Below, piece by piece: positions 10,027 to 19,241 of a DNA stretch of 64,000 nucleotides; within the stretch, counting starts at the first letter, position 1; the number at the start of each line of letters is the position of its first letter. The DNA comes from Candidatus Saccharimonadota bacterium (GTDB lineage: Bacteria > Patescibacteriota > Saccharimonadia > UBA4664). A program made the translations under genes and the position numbers. Where the stretch lies: assembly GCA_019352195.1 (NCBI GenBank), contig JACAFG010000003.1, forward strand, positions 956 to 64,955, in the 5' to 3' direction. A model generated the notes under the pieces. It worked only from the letters and a program-made list of their open reading frames with translations, searched no databases and had not been told where the DNA came from.

Positions 10027-10858
10027 GGTACGGGTGCTCCGGGCTCAAAACGCCTCAGCGTGACAGTTGCCCGTTTACGGGAGAGTGTTTTGATTGGGGG
10101 TTGAATTCAGGTTCATGGAACGCATACTATTGTACCTCTAATGCTTATGCTTGTCAATAGTAGCGTGCATGGCGGAGCAAGTCTCGAACTATTTTCACTC
10201 AAGACATGAAGAAGCCACCGGCGGGGCTCCTTCACTCGCTTGAAGCGAAGGGCCCGCGCGATGGCGGTTGAGTGGCTAGCGCGGATTTCTGGATCATGAC
10301 ATGCGGTGCCTTTCCGCGTGCCTCTTGGCGGCGGTGATGAGCGAATCAAGCGCTGCCTCCAGGAGCATCCCGAACTCATAGGACCGGCCGGGAATGAGCG
10401 GTGCCTTGGCGGTCACCCTTCTTTTTCCAAGCGAGATGTCCATGACGATCTGGTCGCTAAGATCGAGACCCCGCCACCACTGTTATGCCTGGTGATGGTT
10501 AGCTCGAATGAACCGCTCCTGGCGTGCAGGCGACCCTTGGCTGACAGAGAAATGTCCTTCGGCCAGGGGTACAGAAGCACCTCGTCGATGGTCAGTGCTA
10601 CCATGCTCGTAGCAAGTGGATAACCATTCAAATCAATTACTGCCTTGTTTCTCAGCAAGCGCAGTTTTTCGCCGGCCGACCTGGGCAATCGGAAGTCTCC
10701 GCTGGCTAGCTGCTACCATGCGTGAGCAACACCAGGCGGCCAGAGAGAGCCGCGAGAAAGAAGTAACGTTCATTCAGGCACAAATTGCTTGGTTGTCTCG
10801 CATGGAGGAGGGAATATAGGACGATAAGCTGGCCGAAGAAATAACCAAGGAGAAATAC

Positions 10859-10978
10859 ATGGAAAAGCATAAACAACTCAAGACTCAGCGAGCTGAGTCG
10901 GATGATAAATTGATAAAGGTTCAGAAGTCGTTTGGAGTGCAGTTAGAAGAGCGCTTGGCAATCATAGAGCTGCCCTAA
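10859..10978 (+). CDS. small ORF (39 aa, MEKHKQLKTQRAESDDKLIKVQKSFGVQLEERLAIIELP) with a strong RBS
   Basis: AAGGAG lies 7 nt upstream of the ATG. The region is AT-rich. Too short for the ORF track. Confidence 0.3.
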   Translation: MEKHKQLKTQRAESDDKLIKVQKSFGVQLEERLAIIELP

Positions 10979-11154
10979 AAGGCCGCCAACCTTGATACAA
11001 AAAAAAGACACCGGAGCAAAAACGGGTAACAATAACCAAACTTTTCAGTTCTATGACTGCAAATAACGGTTCTGTATCTGTTACGTACACCAACTTTGCT
11101 CGGGCAATTGCAGAAAAAGTTCGAGAAACACGTAATCTAATGGAGGTATAGAAA

Positions 11155-11289
11155 ATGAATAACCAAACCATCAAAAATGACCCCGCTGACAGATCAGACG
11201 AGGCCAAAATTGAGCTTGAAAAGCAGTTAATTGCTATATGGCAGCCCCTAGTTGACGTACTTCGAACTATTAGCTCGGTGGCGATTTAA
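11155..11289 (+). CDS. small ORF (44 aa, MNNQTIKNDPADRSDEAKIELEKQLIAIWQPLVDVLRTISSVAI) with a strong RBS
   Basis: GGAGGT lies 7 nt upstream of the ATG. A 32-aa ORF (11053-11151) sits immediately upstream. Confidence 0.3.
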   Translation: MNNQTIKNDPADRSDEAKIELEKQLIAIWQPLVDVLRTISSVAI

Positions 11290-11490
11290 TGCGGCGGGAA
11301 CTACGAACCCATACGATACAGTGGCTTTTCGTAATGAGGACTTAAATTTGCTGAGCATTTGTCGGGACGTTAGAACTGCAATTAACCAAGCTAACTCAGC
11401 TATTAGTTTTCCTGTTCTCAGTAAGAACCTCTGCTGGTCTGGTATTTTGTAATTCCAGTAGTCTGATTATTCTACAAGATATGTATTCGA

Positions 11491-12111
11491 CTATTTCTTC
11501 TTCTGAACTATCGAAAACAACACAGTGGTCGATAATACATCTTCATTAGACTGCTCCATCGTACCCATTTCGATGATATCGAAGCCCCCATCTACTAAAA
11601 ATTTTTTAAACCTATCTTCACTAAAAAAATTCACAAAAATTTTCTCTCCTTCTGCAAGAGGCTCATCTAAAATCTGATCGGCATCTCCTTTTTGCACGAT
11701 GAATAGCGCAATTCCACCAACTTTCATTACACGAATGATTTCGCGTAATGTAGTAAGTAATTCAGAGCTCGGGATATGTATTAAAGAATATGCAACTAAG
11801 CACGCATCAAAGGTTTCGTCGGGATATACAAGTTTACGCATATCCATTTTTGTAAATGTACCCGTCGGCACTTTATCTCGTGCTATAGCTAACATTTCAT
11901 CCGATGTATCAATCCCAGTGACTTTATGCCCGTGCCCCATGAGATACTGTGAAAATTGCCCAGGTCCGCACCCAATATCGAGTACAGTTGATTTGATTGC
12001 AAGTCGTTCAAGCAAGTTGTCTATCATAGGCGTATCCGATACATCATCAAAAAACTCGCGGGTATACGCGTTAGCAATTTTACGGTATGTTTCTTCAACG
12101 AATTTCGTCAT
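11491..12111 (-). CDS. class I SAM-dependent methyltransferase
   Basis: SAM-binding motif I VLDIGCGPGQFSQYL. 206 aa. AT-rich (about 40% GC) inside a GC-rich neighbourhood. Confidence 0.75.
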   Translation of the reverse strand: MTKFVEETYRKIANAYTREFFDDVSDTPMIDNLLERLAIKSTVLDIGCGPGQFSQYLMGHGHKVTGIDTSDEMLAIARDKVPTGTFTKMDMRKLVYPDETFDACLVAYSLIHIPSSELLTTLREIIRVMKVGGIALFIVQKGDADQILDEPLAEGEKIFVNFFSEDRFKKFLVDGGFDIIEMGTMEQSNEDVLSTTVLFSIVQKKK

Positions 12112-12167
12112 GTTTTTATCATATCAAAAACAATACCATTGCTGATTTTATTTTAAGCATAAGTTCT

Positions 12168-12200
12168 TTGGCAGGGGTGGCAGGGCGGGAATAGAACGGA
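12168..12200. repeat. degenerate copy of the tRNA-Trp 3' end (candidate att-site remnant)
   Basis: tggcaggggt(ggcagggc)gggaatagaacgg compared with the tRNA 3' end tggcaggggtacgtggaatcgaaccacgg at 13154-13182. The first 10 of 10 nt and 9 of 10 in the T-arm segment are identical. Confidence 0.5.
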
Positions 12201-12306
12201 TGATGACATCGAGGATCATATTTAAGCGATTCGTCAGTTACTGACGGAGCAGTACGTCCCAGTTAGAAGTACTGACTTATCGAACTTTTTCGATGATACT
12301 CAGCCT

Positions 12307-12333
12307 GAAAGCTCAAGTGATGCTTGAGCGCTC
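12307..12333. repeat. near-copy of the 9470-9496 repeat, flanked by palindromes (gctcaagtgatgcttgagc; gattcaacctttgaaggttgaatc)
   Basis: Read directly from the sequence. Confidence 0.45.
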
Positions 12334-12408
12334 GGGTTGGGCCTCTGATTCAACCTTTGAAGGTTGAATCAGAGGTGTCGCCACTGCGACCGTGGCGAAG
12401 TTGGTCAT

Positions 12409-12861
12409 TCAGACCAGGTTGGGTGCTTCAACCCGCAGGTAGGCGTACCCTGCATCGGTTCGGGTGAACCGGTGGGTTGTCCCGTTGCAGGAGACGCGAT
12501 GGATCACGGCTCCCACGGTAAGGGCGTCGACGTTGATGAGCATGTACTCATCATTGTCGGATGCTCCTCCCAGCTCGCCACGAATGACGAGTGCATAGCC
12601 GTTGGAACGGGCCGACCAGTCCAAGTGAACGCTGTCGGGCACCTCGTTAGGGTCATCGATTGCGGGGAACGATTCCTCGCCGTCGATGGTGGTGATCATG
12701 CCGGTTTCCTTGGCGAACGACGCCGTGACGCAGATGGGCGCCAGCTGAGCCGCCGCCAGTGCGTCGGTGGTGGAGTGAAACAGTCCCCCGGCGCGGTGGC
12801 CGAAGAAGCTGGCCACATCGGCCGCGGTGAGGGTCTCGCCGGTGGTGTGGTTCCAGGTCAT
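12409..12861 (-). CDS. hypothetical protein (150 aa), high-GC island cargo
   Basis: About 65% GC, and the amino-acid composition looks protein-like. The overlapping plus-strand ORF (12364..12963) is Gly/Arg/Val-rich and looks spurious. Confidence 0.4.
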   Translation of the reverse strand: MTWNHTTGETLTAADVASFFGHRAGGLFHSTTDALAAAQLAPICVTASFAKETGMITTIDGEESFPAIDDPNEVPDSVHLDWSARSNGYALVIRGELGGASDNDEYMLINVDALTVGAVIHRVSCNGTTHRFTRTDAGYAYLRVEAPNLV

Positions 12862-13153
12862 GGCAGGCTCCTAGGGCCTCGGGTCCGCGACGGTTCGCGG
12901 GATTGGTTCCTCGTGCGGCCGCAGCGAGGTACGAACGAAATCAAGTTTCTGGATCAGTTTTGATGCTATTTCACTGAACGCTAACTATAGTAGCATAAGC
13001 ATAAACTAATGTCAAGTTCCGAATACCAAACGCTCATGTAGGGAAACGGGGCTCGAACTTAAATAATAGCTTTGCGAAGGAGTAATTATGATACGGGAAA
13101 ATTGATCGAATCTCTAGCTGGTGTTTTGTGACTCTATGGAGCTGAATAAATCC

Positions 13154-13228
13154 TGGCAGGGGTACGTGGAATCGAACCACGGTCCTAGGTTTTGGAGACC
13201 CATGTACTAACCGCTGTACTATACCCCT
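13154..13228 (-). tRNA. tRNA-Trp (anticodon CCA)
   Basis: Minus-strand read: AGGGGTA-TA-GTACAGCGGTTAGTAC-A-TGGGTCTCCAAAACCTA-GGACC-GTGGTTCGATTCCAC-TACCCCT-G-CCA. It folds as a cloverleaf with anticodon loop CUCCAAA. Confidence 0.85.
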
Positions 13229-13297
13229 AAATATGTTTTGAACCTGCTTATTGTACGTAAATTCACCTCAGCCGTCGAGGGTTTGCGCGAGGTTACC

Positions 13298-13930
13298 CTA
13301 GGCCGGTGGTAGCTCGGTGAGTATGTGGCGCTCAGTCCGGCCCGTAAGTTTACCGCTGTCATCAAAGTCATAAAACAGACAGGTGCCAAAAATCATTTCA
13401 ACGTCGGCAATCTTGTCGTCGGGAATTTGCTCAATGAGTTTGACGAGGGAGCGAATAGAGTTGCCGTGGGCAGCCAAAATGATGGTTTTACCGGTCGCTA
13501 AAGCAGGCGCAATTACCTCTTTGAAATACGGCGTGGTCCGAGCAAATACATCCTTAAGCGTTTCCCCGTTAGGCATTGGGTAGTCCCAGGAGCGGCGCAA
13601 CGCCTCGAATGCAGCCTCGCCAATTTGATCGCGCACCTGCCACTTGTTTAGTCCCGTATAATCACCGTAATCACGCTCATCGAGCGCATGGCTGTATGAG
13701 CGAGGTACATCGGACTGTGCGGCGGTCTTTAGTAGCTCGTCGAGGGTTTCGTGCGTACGGACCTGCTCTGAGGCAAACGCGTGATCAAACCTGACATCGC
13801 CTAATAACTCCCCCATTTTGGCGGCATCGGCCCGGCCTTTGGCGGTAAGATGGACGTCGGTCGTGCCGGTCCAAACGCCGCGGGCGTTCCACTCGGATTC
13901 ACCGTGTCGAACAATAACTAATTTACCCAT
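13298..13930 (-). CDS. gpmA: 2,3-bisphosphoglycerate-dependent phosphoglycerate mutase
   Basis: N-terminal RHGESEWN catalytic His motif of the histidine phosphatase family. 210 aa. Confidence 0.8.
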   Translation of the reverse strand: MGKLVIVRHGESEWNARGVWTGTTDVHLTAKGRADAAKMGELLGDVRFDHAFASEQVRTHETLDELLKTAAQSDVPRSYSHALDERDYGDYTGLNKWQVRDQIGEAAFEALRRSWDYPMPNGETLKDVFARTTPYFKEVIAPALATGKTIILAAHGNSIRSLVKLIEQIPDDKIADVEMIFGTCLFYDFDDSGKLTGRTERHILTELPPA

Positions 13931-14915
13931 GGTGAGCCTCCGAGGTAGAGGTGCTAATAAAGTCGCGAATGTTGTGTGCGGTCATGGCGGCAATGCGCTG
14001 ACGGGCCTCAATGGTGTTATAGGCGTTGTGATTGGTCATGAGCACGCCAGGCAGCCGCTCGAGAACACTAATGCGCAACGCCTCGCGTGAATGATGCTGA
14101 CGTACGGCACTCAGTTCCTCGGCCAGACTTGCAAGACGTTCATCTTCGACGACATCAAGAGCAGCGCCGGCAAGGTGCCCGTTTTGGAGCGCTTCGATTA
14201 ACGCATCAGTATGGATAATCTCGCCGCGAGCGGAGTTAACAATGATGGCAGTGGGCTTCATCAGTGAAAACGCGTGTTGATTGATGAGATGACGTGTTTC
14301 CGGAGTGGCCGGGACATGGAGCGAAATAACGTCCGAGGTAGCTAGCACTTCATCGAGGCTCGCGTAGCTAAAACCGATTTCCGCCGCGAGATTATGATTG
14401 GGATAGGGGTCGTACCCGATTACGTTCATGCCAAAGCCGCGGCCAATTCGGGCCGTGTTGAGGCCAATGCGGCCCGTACCGATGATGCCCAAAGTACGAC
14501 CGAATAATTCGATGCCCGTGAGGTCGTCATGAGAAGCATCGCCGCCGATCATGAGCGCCTGAGCGCCAGCAATTTTGCGGCCGAGGGCCAGCAGTAAGGC
14601 GAAGCTGTATTCGGCGACCGTGTGCTCGCCGTACGTGGCTACCGAAGCAATTTTAACGCCATGAGCAGCGGCATAGGCAGTGTCGATGTGGTCGGTACCA
14701 GTTGAGCGCGTAGCAATGAGCTTAAGCTCCGGCATGGCTGCCATGACTTCGGCGGTAACCTTACTCGATACAAAGACGCAGATTATAGCGGCATCGCTGT
14801 GAACGTTGGCGGCCGATAAGGGGGCCTCAATAAAAATCGGCTCGAGGCCGGTAAGGGCAATCTTTAACTCCGCCTGGTCGGCTGGGGTCGCTTCGTAGCA
14901 ATAAAGGTTTGTCAT
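13923..14915 (-). CDS. D-isomer-specific 2-hydroxyacid dehydrogenase (LdhA/SerA-like), NAD-binding
   Basis: Rossmann motif GIIGTGRIGLNTARIGRGFGMNVIGYDPY. 330 aa. Confidence 0.75.
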   Translation of the reverse strand: MTNLYCYEATPADQAELKIALTGLEPIFIEAPLSAANVHSDAAIICVFVSSKVTAEVMAAMPELKLIATRSTGTDHIDTAYAAAHGVKIASVATYGEHTVAEYSFALLLALGRKIAGAQALMIGGDASHDDLTGIELFGRTLGIIGTGRIGLNTARIGRGFGMNVIGYDPYPNHNLAAEIGFSYASLDEVLATSDVISLHVPATPETRHLINQHAFSLMKPTAIIVNSARGEIIHTDALIEALQNGHLAGAALDVVEDERLASLAEELSAVRQHHSREALRISVLERLPGVLMTNHNAYNTIEARQRIAAMTAHNIRDFISTSTSEAHHG

Positions 14916-15059
14916 AGCTCCATTATGACATGAAACAGCGCTTTAATGGCTGCTTTGCGTTTCCTTAAGCCGGTTCAAATATGAGTGGACTTCGCTAGGC
15001 GGTAAACCAGACTGTCATCACAAAGAGCCCGGCGCAGAAGCGCAGGCTAAATGTTGGTG

Positions 15060-15221
15060 CTACTTGCTCTCTTTGTGAGTGAGAACTTTTTGCTCGTGCT
15101 TGCAGTACTTTTCAAGTTCAAGGCGATCGGTTGTATTCTTGGGGTTCTTGTTAGTGGTGTAGTTGCGATTGTGGCAGCTGGTGCACTCGAGAGCGACAAA
15201 AGGTCGGTTACGCTTGGGCAT
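15060..15221 (-). CDS. rpmG: 50S ribosomal protein L33
   Basis: My own translation gives [53 protein letters not shown] (53 aa). This is below the ORF-track length cutoff. TAG stop. Confidence 0.85.
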   Translation of the reverse strand: MPKRNRPFVALECTSCHNRNYTTNKNPKNTTDRLELEKYCKHEQKVLTHKESK

Positions 15222-15230
15222 GGGAATCTC

Positions 15231-15416
15231 CTAATTCTTGGGGGTGATGGCGGCGGCGATTAAGTATGTGATGAGACCTGGGAAAATACCGGTCATAATG
15301 GTCACAACCACCACGATGAGGCGGACAATGGTAACGTCGACTTCTACATAGTTGGCGATGCCAGCGCAGAGTCCAAGCCACTTTTTGTTCGTTTCATCGA
15401 GAGTGAGACGTTTCAT
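15231..15416 (-). CDS. PspC-domain membrane protein (61 aa)
   Basis: MKRLTLDETNKKWLGLCAGIANYVEVDVTIVRLIVVVVTIMTGIFPGLITYLIAAAI matches the PspC N-terminal domain pattern. Only 9 nt separate its stop from the rpmG start. The longer track ORF (to 15551) reads through the tRNA. Confidence 0.6.
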   Translation of the reverse strand: MKRLTLDETNKKWLGLCAGIANYVEVDVTIVRLIVVVVTIMTGIFPGLITYLIAAAITPKN

Positions 15417-15454
15417 ACCATTATCCTTTGAGTTTGAATGTGAAATTATTCTAA

Positions 15455-15529
<75 letters not shown>

Positions 15530-15912
15530 AAAACCGGTTTGTGGCAAGCATTTAACCTGAAAACCATAGCATAACCGGCCACTTTGAGCAAGCTGTTTTA
15601 TGCAGCGATGCCCGAGCAACATCCTTAAAGCTTGACAATTATTCAATTATGGTTTAGCTTATGTAACATTATGTTAATTTACCCAACCACCAACAAGTTT
15701 TCGGTTGCTCTGTGGCCGGCCACCACGCTGTCTATGCGTGGTCGCTTTGGCGGCACTGCACCCTTGGTTGAGGTACCCAGCTCGGTCTGACAAGACCCGC
15801 GTTAAAGAGCGTTAACGGCTCCGGTATCCTCTACCAGAGCCGTTTTTGTTGTCGCATCGTTCGCGTTGCAACATACGTTCTTTAATAATCCGTCCCCGCC
15901 CCTACCGGACCT

Positions 15913-17617
15913 GTGGAGGTCATCATGGATTTCAAAATGCTCCGACGCTTCTGGAAAGTGCTTGGCACCGACCCAAAAACCCGCCAGCAGCTTGATGAAC
16001 TAAAACCCATTGTTCACCGTACCGCTCTGCTACTGGTTGCCTCGGAAATTTTGGCACTTGGTGAGGTTTACCCCATCAAAATGCTGATTGATTTACTGAG
16101 CGCGCCCAAGGACCATCAATTCGTCGGCGGACTTACCGGCACGCGCTACTTTGCGTTCATCCTGGTGGTTGCGACACTGTTGTACTTTATTGAGAACATT
16201 GTCACCGCGCTTATGGATGTATCGCGCAATAGTGCCGCCTGGAAGCTCTACATCATCATCAACGGTCACGGTCACCGCAAGCAGTTTTCACTGGGAGCCG
16301 ACTGGCACGTGGCTAATTCGAGCGGCAAGAAAGAGTCGTTGTTGAGCAAGAACCACAAGAAGGTCGACACATGATCGACTATTTCATTTTCGACACTCTG
16401 CCGCTGACCGTTCGCATTCTGCTGATTGCGATGGGAACGTTCTTCATCGGCTGGCAGTTTGGCGTACTGGCAATCGTCACGATTGTGGGATACCTGCTGT
16501 GGGCATGGCGCAATGAGGGCAAGATTAACCCGCTGCGGCAGGAATATCGGTCTTTTACTAAGCGTATCGAGCTCAGTGACGCTGTCCTCAACTCTAGTGC
16601 TCTCACCATCAAAGAGCTTGGACGCGAAGATGACTTCACCGTGCCTCATGATGAGCTGCTTGAGGAACATTGGGCGACCGAAACACCGCGACACGCGAGA
16701 TTCCGGCGCTATATCTGGCAGCAGGATCAACTCATTACCCTGTCGCGTCTGGGCTTTTACGCCACCTCATTTGTCGGGGCAACGAACGGTTTGCTGCTTG
16801 GCACGATCGTTCTCGCCAACGCCTGGATGGAACGTATTTATACCAACATCTGGCGTTATGGGGCCTTCCAGTTCATTTTGAATGAAGGCTCGCCGGCGCT
16901 GCGGGAACTAGTAGAATTCTTTGAGACCAAAGCTACCATTGAAGGGCCGGCCGAACCCACCTGGCCGACCGAAGTTCGCGGGAGCATTGAGCTGAGGAAT
17001 GTTTCGTTTGGATATCCCAACCGTGATGGTGCCGCCTTGCACGACATCAACCTTGATATCGCACCAGGCACGACAGTGGCGCTCGTCGGTCCAAGTGGCA
17101 GCGGCAAAAGTACGCTCGCCAAGCTGTTGCAACGACTGACGGCAGTGTGACTTTTAACATTGCTATCATGCGTCCCGATGCCAGCTTTGAAGAGATTACC
17201 GCGGCGGCCGAACGAGCGGGTGCCCTCAGTTTTATTGAGGAATTGCCCGACGGGTTTAACACCACGGTCGGCGAACGAGGCATCAGGCTCAGCGGCGGCC
17301 AAAAGCAACGACTGGAACTAGCTCGCGCGTTGTTATGCAATCCGGCTATCCTCGTGCTTGATGAGCCCACCAGTGCGCTGGATGCCGAAACGCAGCTGCT
17401 GGTAAGCGATGAATTGCGGCGACTGTCCGAAACGGGCAGCACAACCGTGATCATCATCGCTCACCGTTTTTCGACGATTGCTGCGGCCGATGTGGTGGTA
17501 GCACTAAGCGACGGGCGTATTGTTGAGCAAGGCACGCACGCTGAGCTCGAGGCCCATGGCGGCTTATACCGGAGGTTGCATGATCTCGAAATTGAGCCGC
17601 GTTCCACCTGTTCCTAG
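15913..17617 (+). pseudogene. fragmented ABC exporter (MsbA/ABCB-type TMD-NBD fusion) split into three ORFs
   Basis: ORF1 (15913..16374) and ORF2 (16371..17150) carry the TM helices and Walker A (GPSGSGKST). ORF3 (17147..17617) carries LSGGQKQR, Walker [12 protein letters not shown] and the H-loop IAHR. The three ORFs are in three different frames. About 37 aa, including the Q-loop, are missing between ...LLQRLTAV and [11 protein letters not shown]. Confidence 0.75.
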
Positions 17618-17850
17618 TTCTCGTCCGTATATGTCCTCCTCGACCGCAACGCCCCCGCATCAGTTTGATGCGGGGCGAATGCTTTGCTCGGTTGATGATT
17701 GCGTTCGACGCCCTTCGTAACTGGCATGGATTAGCATGACGCAGCGAAGAGAGTCGAATGGTGCAGTATGCGGGAGTTCGTTTGCACGAAGTTGTAAAGG
17801 AGTTAGCTGAATGGCGCTGTCTTTTGCCAAGATTCTGACTAAGTAACCAG

Positions 17851-17882
17851 AAAAAGAAAATGCCCCGTTTAACCTACGGGGC
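17851..17882 (-). terminator. rho-independent terminator (hairpin ccccgt-ttaacct-acgggg with U-run on the minus strand)
   Basis: The minus strand reads ggccagccccguagguuaaacggggcauuuucuuuuucu. Confidence 0.5.
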
Positions 17883-17930
17883 TGGCCATTAGAATCATGA
17901 CCTTAGGACTGCTTTCGCAGCGGGCGAACA

Positions 17931-18125
17931 TCAGCTGCGAGGCGCGGTCGTAGAGCTGGCGAGACGCAGCACGTACTCCGCGCGCGAGAGAGGCTCGTCC
18001 CAGCTCTTGGAGCCGGGGTAGCCCTCCACGCCGGAGCGCCAGCCGTCGGGATCGACGACGACCCGTTTGAATTCGGGAGCCCATTCGTCGGCCATGCGTA
18101 GTTCGGGAGTGCCGGTCGTGTCCAT
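17931..18125 (-). CDS. small hypothetical protein (about 64 aa, MDTTGTPELRMADEWAPEFKRVVVDPDGWRSG...), high-GC
   Basis: An island of about 65% GC with three overlapping minus-strand ORFs. Only this frame looks protein-like and is followed by the terminator. Weak call. Confidence 0.25.
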   Translation of the reverse strand: MDTTGTPELRMADEWAPEFKRVVVDPDGWRSGVEGYPGSKSWDEPLSRAEYVLRLASSTTAPRS

Positions 18126-18263
18126 GACAATGTTCCGTTCATTCCGCAGTGATGCTCTGAGGGTACAAAGCAATATATATTATGGCACAATATGTTAATA
18201 GTGTCATCATTCATAAAGCAAAGTAAAAAAGAGCCGGGCCTGGCTCTTTAAACATAAGTGCAA

Positions 18264-18349
18264 TGGTGCCGGGTGAGAGATTTGAACTCCCGAAGACTAA
18301 TGTCAGCTGATTTACAGTCAGCCCTCGTTGGCCACTTGAGTAACCCGGC
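18264..18349 (-). tRNA. tRNA-Tyr (anticodon GTA), long variable arm
   Basis: Minus-strand read: GCCGGGT-TA-CTCAAGTGGCCAACGAG-G-GCTGACTGTAAATCAGC-TGACATTAGTCTTC-GGGAGTTCAAATCTCTC-ACCCGGC-A-CCA. Confidence 0.85.
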
Positions 18350-18475
18350 AGAAAAGTTTTATCTTCAGTACATTTCGCGGTAGTGCTAGCTGCTTTTGCG
18401 CGAACTGTACTAAATCTAAAACTTTTCAAAACTATGGTGGACGCGAATTTTGGATCCGGTAAACGACGATATAAC

Positions 18476-18550
18476 TGGAGCCGGCGACAGGAATCGAACC
18501 CGTAACCTACAGTTTACAAAACTGTTGCTCTACCATTGAGCCACGCCGGC
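18476..18550 (-). tRNA. tRNA-Thr (anticodon TGT)
   Basis: Minus-strand read: GCCGGCG-TG-GCTCAATGGTAGAGC-A-ACAGTTTTGTAAACTGT-AGGTT-ACGGGTTCGATTCCTGT-CGCCGGC-T-CCA. Confidence 0.85.
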
Positions 18551-18603
18551 TGGACCATGGCTCCGATTGAACCTGGCTATCGTACCAATTGTAAGGCTGC
18601 ACT

Positions 18604-19239
18604 TCAAGACTGCTGAGTCGTAATGTCGGACGGCAGCTGCTGGGGTGCCGTTTCGGCGGCAAGGTCATGGGCACGCTGCGGATGCCCTGCTTCTAAATAA
18701 GCCGCTACAAGTAAATCTTTGATTTTGGGGCTGGCATCAAGGGCATGAGCTTGCTCGAGACTCGTTACCACTCCTTCAAGATTACTCACTTTTTTGTAAG
18801 CTTTGGACAGCCCAATGTAGCGCGAGGCCGAGGCTTCAAACATAATCGCCTTTTCGAAAGCGCTAATGGCTTTAATATAGTTGTGATTTTCATAATAGGC
18901 TGTCGCTAAGTTCTGGTGAGTTGAGGCCGTTGGCTTGAGCCGTACCGCAATCTGAAAACATTCGATGGCGTCAGCCAAGTTTTTCTGGGTAGAGTAGATA
19001 ATTCCAAGGTGACTGTAGGCCGTGAGATTTTTATGGTCGAGTTTTAGTACATTGACATAGGCTTTTTCGGCGGCTAACCAGCGTTTTTCGGCAAATAGCC
19101 GGTCGGCGTAGGAGACTGCAGTTATAAGCTGTGGTGACATGCGTCGAGGCGCCAACGACGGGCTTCCGGCAGCAGTACTGACTACAAGCGTACGTCCCAG
19201 CAAAACCGCAGCAATAATTACGACGAGTACGCCAAGCAT
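18604..19239 (-). CDS. membrane-anchored tetratricopeptide-repeat protein
   Basis: N-terminal TM helix, then about 4 TPR units (AYSHLGIIYSTQKNLADAIECFQIAVRL..., NLATAYYENHNYIKAISAFEKAI...). Confidence 0.65.
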   Translation of the reverse strand: MLGVLVVIIAAVLLGRTLVVSTAAGSPSLAPRRMSPQLITAVSYADRLFAEKRWLAAEKAYVNVLKLDHKNLTAYSHLGIIYSTQKNLADAIECFQIAVRLKPTASTHQNLATAYYENHNYIKAISAFEKAIMFEASASRYIGLSKAYKKVSNLEGVVTSLEQAHALDASPKIKDLLVAAYLEAGHPQRAHDLAAETAPQQLPSDITTQQS

Positions 19240-19241
19240 GC

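Noticed and set aside
10113-10688. Overlapping ORFs on both strands (10113..10379, 10413..10688 minus; 10306..10623 plus) as real genes
   Set aside because: The two minus ORFs are in the same frame and separated only by a TGA. All translations are Arg/Ser/Pro/Gly-rich with no recognisable motif. Treated as decayed or non-coding island DNA rather than annotated CDS.
12364-12963. Plus-strand 199-aa ORF
   Set aside because: Gly/Val/Arg-rich and antisense to a more protein-like 150-aa ORF. Likely an artefact of about 65% GC.
17869-18214. Three mutually overlapping minus-strand ORFs in the 65%-GC patch between the ABC pseudogene and tRNA-Tyr, treated as a frameshifted larger gene
   Set aside because: No combination of the frames gives a recognisable protein. 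Only the 17931..18125 reading looks protein-like, and it is reported as a low-confidence small CDS.
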